A stretch of DNA of 64,000 bases from an uncultured Chlamydiales bacterium (GTDB taxonomy: Bacteria; Chlamydiota; Chlamydiia; Chlamydiales; JAAKFR01). The DNA is taken from positions 1,355,757-1,419,756 of the forward strand of contig OY969414.1 in the NCBI GenBank assembly GCA_963699155.1, in the 5' to 3' direction. The position numbers and the translations under genes were made by a program. Below, in pieces: positions 49,982-60,300 of this stretch (position 1 is its first letter; every line of letters begins with the position of its first letter). The notes under the pieces are model-generated. The model was not told where the DNA came from. It saw only the letters and a program-made list of their open reading frames with translations, and did not search any database.

Positions 49982-50485
49982 ATGAAATCGAAGCTCTGTC
50001 GCATCGCCTCTTTGGCTTTTTTATTTTTCTTGACCGTCGGCTTTCTCACTCCTCCAAAACCGTGTCGACCCTTGATCAACTTTGCTGCCGGCCATTTTGA
50101 TGCGGGATGTCACCACTCAGGAGGTGGCATGGAGATCGAATATTATAGCGAAAAGAGGCTCTGCCGCTTCTTTCGCCCCCAGGCAAGCCTCGTTCTACCC
50201 GAGTTTAAAGGCGCTTTTATTGGGGCTGGCTTTGGATTCGAATTGTATATCTTCCCCTGGCTCGTCTTTACACCCAGTTTTGAGCCAGGATATTACTTTC
50301 AAGGTCATAGCCGGAACCTCGGCTCTCCCATCGAATTCCGTTCTTGTGTGCAGCTTGCGTTAGAAAAGCCGAATGGAGTCCGTTTGGGTGTGCAATTTTA
50401 TCATCTTTCAAATGCCCGTTTAGGGGGCCATAATCCGGGAATGAATGCTCTGATGGTGGGGCTTTCTATCCCATTAACACGTTAG
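49982..50485 (+). CDS. PagL-like lipid A 3-O-deacylase (outer-membrane beta-barrel)
   Basis: LGSPIEFRS, HLSNA..NPGMN motif, N-terminal signal. Confidence 0.78.
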   Translation: MKSKLCRIASLAFLFFLTVGFLTPPKPCRPLINFAAGHFDAGCHHSGGGMEIEYYSEKRLCRFFRPQASLVLPEFKGAFIGAGFGFELYIFPWLVFTPSFEPGYYFQGHSRNLGSPIEFRSCVQLALEKPNGVRLGVQFYHLSNARLGGHNPGMNALMVGLSIPLTR

Positions 50486-50493
50486 GATATTCT

Positions 50494-51252
50494 ATGAAAA
50501 CCTTTCCTCGACTTCGTACAATTTTTGGCGGCATCTCCGAGAGAACCGCGGGTCGTTTTTTATTTTTTTCGCTCATTAATAGCGCCTTCGGCTATGAATT
50601 TCGCGAAAAAATTAAAAAACGACCTCGCGTTTCCTCTGATCTGCTCGCCAAAAAATGTACAAAGTCGAGGATGCTTCTTTTCGCAATCCTTGCTTCAGCT
50701 CCACAAGAGACCCAAGATGCTGATAAGCTTTTAAAAGAGGGCTATCAACTCACCCTTTCTTTGCCGGTCAACTGGGCCACTTCTCCCAAGTATTCACTCA
50801 ATGTCACCCTGCCCAAGGGGGTGAACGCACTACAGTCGATTCAAGAGTGGGGCGAAAAAAACGGCACCCTGATCGAATTTGTCCCTGAGGGTCAAAATGG
50901 GGATAATTGGAAGGAGATCATCACCCTCAATAAATTTATCGATTACAAAATCCCTGCAGACACCTTCGTCGATGCTCTCACCAAACGGATGATTTCCCAA
51001 GTGGTCGAGCATGGGAAGGTCTTGGCTGAAGAAAAAGAGAGCACTCCTGCCTACTCCCATGCCACCAGTTTTATCAGTTACGATGATCATGGAAAGCATG
51101 AAGTGTTAGGGATGGACTATTTTTCTGGCCCCTATGATTTAGTTGGAGTCCAGTACACCATCCGCACGAATGAAAGCAATCTCACGGATGAAGAGGCACT
51201 TCAGAAGATCAAACAATACTTCAAAGACTCCCTTAAAGTCGTCTCAGAGTGA
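50494..51252 (+). CDS. Putative secreted protein with an in-frame palindromic insertion in its signal peptide
   Basis: Removing 50506-50670 gives MKTFMLLFAILASAPQE; mature part contains IEFVPEGQNGDNWKEIIT. Confidence 0.75.
   Translation: MKTFPRLRTIFGGISERTAGRFLFFSLINSAFGYEFREKIKKRPRVSSDLLAKKCTKSRMLLFAILASAPQETQDADKLLKEGYQLTLSLPVNWATSPKYSLNVTLPKGVNALQSIQEWGEKNGTLIEFVPEGQNGDNWKEIITLNKFIDYKIPADTFVDALTKRMISQVVEHGKVLAEEKESTPAYSHATSFISYDDHGKHEVLGMDYFSGPYDLVGVQYTIRTNESNLTDEEALQKIKQYFKDSLKVVSE
50506..50670. repeat. Palindromic element, intragenic in-frame copy (165 bp, 55 codons)
   Basis: Arms CCTCGACTTCGTACAATTTTTGGCG / CGCCAAAAAATGTACAAAGTCGAGG; core TTAATAGCGCCTTCGGCTATGAA is the reverse complement of the 45.3-kb core. 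Confidence 0.9.
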
Positions 51253-51724
51253 AAACGCGCCCTCCAATGGCAGCCAAAAGAGTTCCTAGAATGAATCCGA
51301 TAGAGGCATAGGTGGCTCCCTCAATGGTTAGAGGGATACCCGGCTGAAAGCTGCGCGCTGTTGACCAAGCAATCTCGCGATCGAGATGGGTTACAAAAAG
51401 CAGCGGTCTCATAAAAATATCGGCTTTCTGCAAAGCCTCCAGCGCTGTTCGGAAGCTTTTCGCGCGGCTCACCATCGTCCGCATCGCCACACCCTGCCGC
51501 GCAAAATCCTCATCACCGTTCTCGACAAACTTTCTAATATACTGATCGAGATTTTTCCCCGACGAAGAGGCTGTCTCCCGCATCCGGCCCACATGCCACT
51601 CCACCTCCTCCTTATGCCCCATCAATTGCAGCTCATACGACTTCATAAAGAGCGGAAACTGCATCAAGACCAGCGTCCCCACCACTACAACCAGATTCCT
51701 CAACAGACTCCCAAATACTTTCAT
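51233..51724 (-). CDS. DUF2937-like membrane protein
   Basis: QFPLFM..Y..QL.GH..E, N- and C-terminal TM, F.PG.PLT.EG motif. Confidence 0.7.
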   Translation of the reverse strand: MKVFGSLLRNLVVVVGTLVLMQFPLFMKSYELQLMGHKEEVEWHVGRMRETASSSGKNLDQYIRKFVENGDEDFARQGVAMRTMVSRAKSFRTALEALQKADIFMRPLLFVTHLDREIAWSTARSFQPGIPLTIEGATYASIGFILGTLLAAIGGRVFTLRRL

Positions 51725-51791
51725 GCAATTCAGTATTCACTTTTCTATTTTTGTCTTGAAGGGGAAAATAGAAACGCGCATCTACAGAAAA

Positions 51792-52691
51792 TTATTTTTT
51801 TGCTGCTTCTTGCATACCTCTTAAGAACTTTATTTTGGTACTCTTTGCCTCTTCGGGCAGAGTAATTTCTCCTCCGAATTTATCAGGATCTTTTCTAACA
51901 TCTAGTGTAAAGCTTTCCCCTCGTTGCACAAAAATCGGTGCAGGGATAGATGTAAACAAGTTTTTCTGAAGGTTTAGCTCTTTCAGTTTCGGGAGTGTGG
52001 TGGAAAGGTTAAATATTTCTGGAAATTGGGTGAGAAAGTTCTTCGTAAGATCGAGCTCTGTTAAGTTCGGGATCCTAGCAATGCGTTGAAGAAGTGAGGG
52101 GAAGCTGTCTGTGATTTCTTGACCTCTGTCTTTAGCCGGATTGACCATTTCATCACAAACGAGCTTTGTACGGTTCGTGAGTTTTTCTACCTCTTCGGGC
52201 AGGCTTGTTAAAGGATTCTCGCCGAGGTGCAAATATCTTAAGGCAGTGAGTTGGCCAATTTCTGGAGGAAGAGTTGAGAGTTGATTTTCCTTAAGGAGCA
52301 AAACTTCTAGATTAACCAGCTTTCCAATGGTCGATGGCAAGCTGCTAATTCCTGTGGTTCGAAGATCCAATTGCCTCAGTTCAATAAGAGTTCCAATTTC
52401 GCCAGGAATCTCTCTGATCCCGTTCTTAAAAAGAGAAAGCTTTCTTAATTGAGTCAGATTCAGAACAGCACGAGGGAAGGCTGTAAATTTATTCTTTTGC
52501 AAAATGAGCTCTTGCACACTTTGAAGGAGCGACAGCGACTCGGGTAAGCTGTACAGCCCACGCATTTGGAGGTCAAGTCTTGTGATTTTTGCAATCCATG
52601 CTTGATCCGTTTCACCCTCTTTTGGTCCTTCGATCCGAATCTCTCTTGCCAGCTCCTTACAGCAGCCGCTAATTTGTAAATCCGATGCCAT
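51792..52691 (-). CDS. Leucine-rich repeat protein (putative effector)
   Basis: Repeated LxxLxLxxNxLxxLPxEIGxL units. Confidence 0.9.
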   Translation of the reverse strand: MASDLQISGCCKELAREIRIEGPKEGETDQAWIAKITRLDLQMRGLYSLPESLSLLQSVQELILQKNKFTAFPRAVLNLTQLRKLSLFKNGIREIPGEIGTLIELRQLDLRTTGISSLPSTIGKLVNLEVLLLKENQLSTLPPEIGQLTALRYLHLGENPLTSLPEEVEKLTNRTKLVCDEMVNPAKDRGQEITDSFPSLLQRIARIPNLTELDLTKNFLTQFPEIFNLSTTLPKLKELNLQKNLFTSIPAPIFVQRGESFTLDVRKDPDKFGGEITLPEEAKSTKIKFLRGMQEAAKK

Positions 52692-52859
52692 AAAGTATTC
52701 TCTTTGTTAGATTTGCGATAATTTAACAGAAATGTTTAATAAAAGCCAATAGGAATATCTTTATGGAAAAAGAGGATGGTGTCCAAAGCAGAGGCGGTGA
52801 CTCGCTATACAAATAGAACCCAATTTACATAAATGGGTGCCTTTAGTAATATTATCAGT

Positions 52860-53450
52860 ATGAACCCCTCTCCCTTCTCTAAGATTCGTCCTCTACTGAG
52901 CCGGCCATTTTTTACAATAGCCGATGCTTCTAAGGAGGGTATAACTCGGCAAGCGCTTGCGAGCTTAGCTAAGAAAGGGGTATTGGAAAGGTTAGGTCCA
53001 GGCCTTTATCGTTCAACTCAATATGAGCCTAAAGTGGATTTCGAATGGGAGCAGCTAGCTTTGATGGCAGCTAGTCTGCCTGAAGGAATCATCTGCCTCA
53101 CTTCAGCTCTCTGCTATTATGGCCTGACCGACCAAATCATGCGTGAAGTCTGGATTGCTATCCCGCATCGGCTCAAAGCTCCTAAAAGACGAGGGGTTCG
53201 GGTAGTCCGTATGCGCAATATTAAGCTTGGCCGTAACGAGATTGAAATGGGAGAATTTACAGTACGGATCTTTGATAGAGAACGCTGCGTTGTTGATGCC
53301 TTTCGTTACCTTGATAGAGAGACTGCCATTAAAGCCTTAAGGAATTATCTCTATAGTGAAGATTATAAACCTCAGCTCAAAAAATTGTCCGAATATGCCA
53401 AAACATTGCGAGTCGATTTGAAACCCTATATATTAGCTTTAACAACATGA
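52860..53450 (+). CDS. Type IV TA system AbiEi-family antitoxin (no toxin downstream)
   Basis: wHTH LERLGPGLYR, ICLTSALCYYGLTD, ERCVVDAFRY. Confidence 0.87.
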   Translation: MNPSPFSKIRPLLSRPFFTIADASKEGITRQALASLAKKGVLERLGPGLYRSTQYEPKVDFEWEQLALMAASLPEGIICLTSALCYYGLTDQIMREVWIAIPHRLKAPKRRGVRVVRMRNIKLGRNEIEMGEFTVRIFDRERCVVDAFRYLDRETAIKALRNYLYSEDYKPQLKKLSEYAKTLRVDLKPYILALTT

Positions 53451-53468
53451 TAGCTAAGCCAATAGTCA

Positions 53469-54147
53469 GCAGACCTTTTGGACATGGGTCTAAGTGGGTA
53501 TGCAAAGGGGCGTGCCCCTTTGCCGCGGTGAGAGGGGTAAAGGGGAGAGAGGCGGCGTTAGCCTCTCTCCCCGGTATCGCGTAAGCCGAGGCAAAGCCGA
53601 GGCAGAAGCGATAAGGATATGAAAGATCGCATCGGCAAGATAGACAGGATATCCTCTACACCCTGCCGTGAACGATCCTGCTTATCCTTGTTTTTATCTT
53701 TCCTTCCCCCCGCTGAGACACTCGGCTGCTAGCGCGCCTACGGCGCGGTCCCGCACTGCCTGGGGCTGGATAACACCTGAGGTAGCGAAGCTCTTTCTGT
53801 TTTCATTCTTTGTTGACTAATGCCTCGTTCATCTTGCCTGCGAACGGGAGCCTCGGTCTCAGGCGAGGGTGGGGGCACCAAAGCTTCGCAATGGCGCGGT
53901 CATGGAACAGAATCGACTCCGAAGCGATAAGATCTTTTGCTGCGCGCCGCGAGTTTTTCCTTAAATTGACAGTACTGGGCTATAGGCAATGCTGTCAAAT
54001 TAAGAAAAACGGTTTTCAGTTCAGCCTTCTTCGCTTCAGCCTCGGCCTTGCCTCGGCTTACGCGATATCTGGGGGAGAGAGGCTCTCACCGCGGCAAAGG
54101 GTCTTGACCCTTTGCATTCCCAATTTGAAATTGGGCAAATAGTCTGC
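53469..54147. mobile_element. Non-coding element bounded by long imperfect inverted repeats with nested hairpins
   Basis: Arm 53469-53616 is the reverse complement of 54025-54147 (TGCAAAGGG..CCCTTTGCCGCGGTGAGAG..TATCGCGTAAGCCGAGGCA..). Confidence 0.65.
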
Positions 54148-54312
54148 CATGAGCCTATGGTGAGGTCAAGGGCTGGCTTCGGTGATGACGAGATCGACAG
54201 TGCCAATGAGGGGATAGTGATGAGAAGGTCGTCATTGACAAGGATCCCGCTATGCTTGGAGTGGTAGGGGAGAGATTCTGGAATCTCTCCCCGTATGCCT
54301 AAGAGGTGCATG

Positions 54313-57300
54313 TTATGGTTTTGTATTGCGTTTGCATTGGTAGATGGCAAAGGCGATGAGGCCGACCAGCATCAGAGCTCCCCCGCCTAAAACTGCTCCA
54401 GAGATGATGACAGAAGATTTGAAGAAGTGGTAGATGGTAACGGTGAATTGGGGCGCCTGTGTCCAGTAGCCACCCATGAGGGCGAAAGCTCCGGCAGTGA
54501 GAAGAGCTGCGGCTACAAGGAAGCCGAGTACTGTGAGCACGATCTGCACGATCGATCTACGTTCGGGTGGAGGAGCGTCTGCGGGAGCTTCCTCAGTTAG
54601 AGGAGTGGCAGCGGGAGGTTTTGGTAGGGGCACTTGCAATTGTGCTGGCGTTTTCAACCAGAGGGCTTGCGCAGGTGTGAGCTCTTCGATGATCTGCTGG
54701 TGTTTAGCAGGGTCGAGGGTCTCGATTTGTGTCTTGGAAAGATGCTGCTCGCGGACCTTTTTGTCCACATAGTGGAGCCAATCATTGGGGAAGGCTTGAA
54801 CCATTGCCCAATGGATGTAAAGTTTTGGGACAAATTCTTCAGGGACAAGACCGGCTTTGACTTGTTCGGCGGTAATCGATTCGATGGCTTTGGGGTTGAT
54901 CTTGGCAAAGCGGATCAAAAGCTCTCTCTCATCGATAGCACCTATATAATTGGGGTATACCCAAGCCATTTGGGCATCTGTCAATTCGCGAAAGAGCTGG
55001 GGATATTCTCGGTAGGTGATCTGTTGGACTTGAGTTTTGGAGAGAGCTTGCTGACGCAATGCTACCCCAACACGAGGAAGCCATGCGACAGGCAGAGCTC
55101 CAATTGTCGCAGCGTTGCGTAAGTGGGGAACCATTTCCTCGGTAACAAGCTTGTCGATGACCTGTTTTTGGGTGACAGAGGCCATTAGAGGAGTGGCAGC
55201 GGGAGGTTTTGGTAGGGGCACTTGCAATTGTGCTGGCGTTTTCAACCAGAGGGCTTGCGCAGGTGTGAGCTCTTCGATGATCTGCTGGTGTTTAGCAGGG
55301 TCGAGGGTCTCGATTTGTGTCTTGGAAAGATGCTGCTCGCGGACCTTTTTGTCCACATAGTGGAGCCAATCATTGGGGAAGGCTTGAACCATTGCCCAAT
55401 GGATGTAAAGTTTTGGGACAAATTCTTCAGGGACAAGACCGGCTTTGACTTGTTCGGCGGTAATCGATTCGATGGCTTTGGGGTTGATCTTGGCAAAGCG
55501 GATCAAAAGCTCTCTCTCATCGATAGCACCTATATAATTGGGGTATACCCAAGCCATTTGGGCATCTGTCAATTCGCGAAAGAGCTGGGGATATTCTCGG
55601 TAGGTGATCTGTTGGACTTGAGTTTTGGAGAGAGCTTGCTGACGCAATGCTACCCCAACACGAGGAAGCCATGCGACAGGCAGAGCTCCAATTGTCGCAG
55701 CGTTGCGTAAGTGGGGAACCATTTCCTCGGTAACAAGCTTGTCGATGACCTGTTTTTGGGTGACAGAGGCCAGCAGCTCGGGCCTCGATTTTCCAATGCG
55801 AGCCAAGAGATCTTTATCGGTAATTCCGGGGATATGATCGGGTTGTACTTCACGCAGCTGAGCCTCTGTTTGTAACCAGCCTACTTGTTGAGAGGTGAGT
55901 TCATGGATCAGCGGTCGCTGTGTCTCAGGGTCGAGTTGCTCCACCTGTGTAGAGGTGAGGAACCGTTTTCTCAAGGCAGGGGGGATGTGATGGAGAGAGC
56001 TAACGGGAACAGACTCGATCGCCTCTTTTCTGATCAGGTATTTGAAGCATTTTTCGTCGACGATTCCCTCTGCCACCTGTTCGCCTGTGAGATTACCTAA
56101 AAGCGAGGTATCGACAGCAGCCAGACGGTCGATTAAAGCGGGATCAACGATTTCTGCAACCTGCCTTGAGCTGATTCTGGCAAGCTGAACGTCGGTCATC
56201 ATTGTAAGGAAACGGGAGGGGATTTTCTGGATTTGCGCCAGCTCCTGAAACCAAGTGACCTGCTCCTCTTTGATGAACTCCATTTGGAAGGGCTTCATCT
56301 TTGAGGCAAATTTTTGCGGGATAGCTTGGATCAGATCGGCTCTTTTGAGATAGGGGATCTGTCCAAGGTTTAGCAGGGGAACTTGCTCCACCGTCAGCAT
56401 ATTCAATTGCTTAGGGGGATAGCGGCGGAGTTGGAGAGGATCCCTTTGCGCTTGAATCTGTGCGGGAGTTAAGGCATCCATCTCTGCAGCGATCAGATTC
56501 CATCGATGCTGGCGCTGATTTTCTTTCACGCTGGAATCGACAAAGAGATCACTCTTGAAGAAGAGCCGCTTCTGGAAGGGCTGATTAGCGATTTTTAGCT
56601 TGATAAAATGGATTTTGATTTCCATCGCCTTTTGGTCCTGATGGAGCCATGCCAGGGCAGCCTCTTCGTGGGCCTCCAAATAATCGATACGGCCATTGAA
56701 AACATTGGCCTCCACTAAAGCGCTTTCGATCTCCCCATTTTTGGGAAGCGGTGCTAAAGGATTGTCGTGTAAGAGCCTTCCATCCGCATGGACAAGCCAG
56801 ACACCCTGCTGAGGATGGGCTGAGAGGTAACGTTTAAACTGGGAAGCTTCGTACTGTGAGAGTGCGATCGATTGATACCCATCTGCCCTTTTCACGACCA
56901 GAAGTTGATCCAGAGGTCGCTGCATGTGATGGAAAGCGGGAAGAGGAGTGTCTGTCGAATAGGCCCAGGAATCGGTGACCAGGACTTTAGAAGTAAAAAC
57001 AGAGGAATAATCTCGGCGATAGAGGTAGTGGTGCGGACCCAAGTAACGTGAGAGCGGATGGAGGTCGTCTACGTTTCCTTGGAATAGCGCTTCTATCTGT
57101 GCATCGGACCACGATCTTTCAAGGGCAATATTCTGATAACGGACCTGGTCATACTCCTTCGCCTCTGAAAGGATCTCCTCTTCGACATTCTGGTCGACAT
57201 TTTGTCTCACTTCAGAAGCCACGTCGACAAGCACATCGACATGGATTCCGACCGCCGACTCCTTTTCCAAGACCTGTCCAACGAGATAGGGAGATTTTTG

Positions 57301-60300
57301 TGCGGCAAGCACCACTTGCCAGGATTTGTTGACGACCCCGTCCACCCCTTTTCTCTTCTCATGCTCTTTGGGAAATTGGTCGGCTTTTCTCTTTTGATAG
57401 CTGTCTAAACTCTTCGCCGCGTCCACAGGTACTTCTAGTGAACCAAATTGGTCATAGGGGAGATCTTCTTGCTCGATCACAAGCGTCTTTTCGTGTGCAG
57501 GGAATCGCTGGCGAATATAATCGTGGCTTAGTCTCCCTTCGATCAAGAATTCCTGCCAAAAGAGCTCTCTAAATACCTCATCGACCTCATGTTTGGAGGC
57601 TCTGTAAAAATAGTCGGGGAGGAGAAGCGCCTGGTTTTTAATCGTGAGCACCAGCGAAGCGCGAAGTCGTTTCAGCTCTTCATCCTTCTCTGGTTGGCTG
57701 ACCAGTCTGTCTAAGATGGGCAGCAGGTAGTCGGGAAGAATCGTTTCGACATTTTGCTGTAAAAAGTATTCTCTGGCTCGGCCATCAGCCTGGAAGGAGA
57801 CATCGCGGAGGAGCTCCTCATCTGCAGTCTTGAGGAAGATCGCATCCGAAGGAAGGGGAATGTCGGTTCCAAGGGTGTGCCTTTCATCATAAAAGACAAA
57901 ATATTCGCCCAGATCAATCCCCATCTTCTGGATATCTTCAAGGCGAGTGCCTCCAATGGTTTCAAGATTGTCTGAGTCAGCGCGAAGAAGCGTCAGCGTA
58001 TCGGGTGTCTTTTCCTGCTTCTGCGGGTTGCGCATGAAGAAGAGAACGTGAAGATTGAGCTCCGCACGGATCGCTTGAGCCACCTGCAAGTTGGTAGAGT
58101 TTTTAAAGCGAGCACCTGGGTCGAGAAGAGCTCTGACGCGCCCTTTTTCAGGGTGGTCGGTCAAGACCTCCTTCAGGATTTGATCGACCTCTTCAGAATG
58201 GGTCACATGGACATAGCTTTTGCCTTTTTCACGTGTAGCGACTCGTGTCAGAGCCCTTTCCGCATATTTCCCCTCTGTACCCAGAGCCGATTCGCAATTT
58301 TCTCGCAAAGCCTTCGGATAGCAGGGAAGATTGGGGAGGGTACCGCCCATAGCTCGTACAGTAGAGAGAAGGCCCATCAACGCACTTCGAGGGGCAGAAA
58401 TACGTTTGGGGTAGTAGCCGACATACTCTGCCGCGGTATCCGCTTCCATCTGGAGAAGGGCATCGACATTGCTTTTGAGGTGTCGGAGAGCCTGCTCCAC
58501 CTTTAAGGGATCGTCGAGCTCATGTAGGCCAATTCCCGTCATCTCCTTAAACTCGGTCGCCTGTAAGGTCTCTTCAAAAGCAACTTTCACCTGCAGCTTC
58601 GCATGTGCCTCATAAATTTTGGCAACGTGGCGGAACTGTTCCTCACTGACGCCGCACTGGAGCGCGGTGAGGAAGTGGATGCCGAGCCACTCCCACTGGT
58701 AGCCATAGAGGTTCTCAGAAGGGGTATCGACAGCCAGATAGGGGCGCACTTCACCTGGTAGCGCTCCTCCACGGCCATAATCTCTTTTGCCGATCTGTTT
58801 CAAATTGGAGGGAAGAACGACCTGTAGCATATGCTTGATCAGGGCGATCTGATGGGTAGCTTCCTGCTCAGCTGGAATAGCGGAATTGCGCAGCTGCCGG
58901 AGATACTTTAAAAACTCAAAATCACGCCGGTCGACAGCATTGAGACTCGCAAGTCGAGCGGCGTCAGGCTTATCCAAGAGACGCTGGCACTCCAGATTCA
59001 TCGTGCCGTTGAGATAGCGCTCAAAACTGGCTTGCCACTCTACTGAGAGCTTGAGCGAGACCATTGTCCGTACAAAGTTATAGGCAACCACCTTGGGAAT
59101 CGTTGTTTTCAAGAGTTGCGGTGACATGAGATTTTGTCGGTTTTGTCGGATGCCGATCTCTTTAGCTAGATTGATCGTCGTATGCTCATCGAGAGCCACT
59201 TTTTCACTGATCAAGAGGAGAAAAAGCTCTCGGCCCACTTCGATACGCTCAGGCGAGAGATATTTTTTATCACCCATAGGGAAATTCATCTCAAAAAGAA
59301 CATGGAGGAGAAGATCGACCTCATCGAAAATCGCATCCCCTTTTTTGCGATGGGTAAAGAGGATCTCCTTGATCAGGTTGATCTTCTCCATCAACGCTTG
59401 GGGCTCCTTCACTTCTTGAGCAGCTTCAGAGATCAGGACGATAAAGGTCATCGCAATCGTCAACAGGCTCTCCCCTTTCTCTAGAACGATATCGCCGGCA
59501 TGCATGCATTTCTGCAGGCGCCCCATAATATCATGGCAGGTGGCTGGGGAGCGAGTGAGCTGTTCGCGTGAGACATCAAATTCTTCCAATTCGACCTCAA
59601 AGCAGTCACGCAACATCTTTCTCAAGTTGTAGCTGACGCTCGAATATTGGGAGGCGAGGGTAATAAAGAGGGCGAGGCGCCCTTTGCTCGCAGCATATTT
59701 GAGTAAGATGGTGGCCAGAAGGGTGGTCTTTCCAAAGCCCAGATAGGCCTGCACGACGCGGCTGATGTAATGGCCACCCTTATCTTTTTCCAACATTTTT
59801 TGGATAAGGGGTGCCTGCTCTGATCGGATCGAAAGCCCACTGAGATACTCGTAAACGAGAAAAAGCGGACTCTCTTGCAGTGGATAAACATCGCGGACAG
59901 GCTGCAGCTCAGCTGCCAATTTTTGCACCTGCGCCTCTCTTGCTGCGCCTTGCAAACTGGTACCTTCCAGCTGCTGAGAATACTTCAGGGCTCTTTCGAG
60001 ACGCGCTTTCTGAACGGTGAGCGCCATGAAGAGACCCATCTGATTGTAGAGATATTCGATCACGAGGTTGGGATATGCCCCTAGACCATAAGCTTGTGCC
60101 AATTCTTGAATGAGAGCCTCATTGCGTAAATAGGGATTGGCTTTTGCAAAAGCGTCGGCATCTCCTCGCAAGAAAAGATCGGTCAATCGCTTTAGTGAAA
60201 GCTCTTGACGCAGTTTCGCCTCTATCAAAAGTCCTTTTTGCACATCTGTGGGATCATGCTTGTTGACCAGTTCAAGAAGGGAAACTTCGAGGTCGACCCG

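Noticed and set aside
53447..53640. AbiEii remnant (ATG ATA.. and later MKDRI)
   Set aside because: Too short to distinguish from chance; no nucleotidyltransferase motif seen.
53810..54142. 110-aa ORF in the inverted-repeat region
   Set aside because: Runs through repeat arms, TTG start, no recognisable domain.
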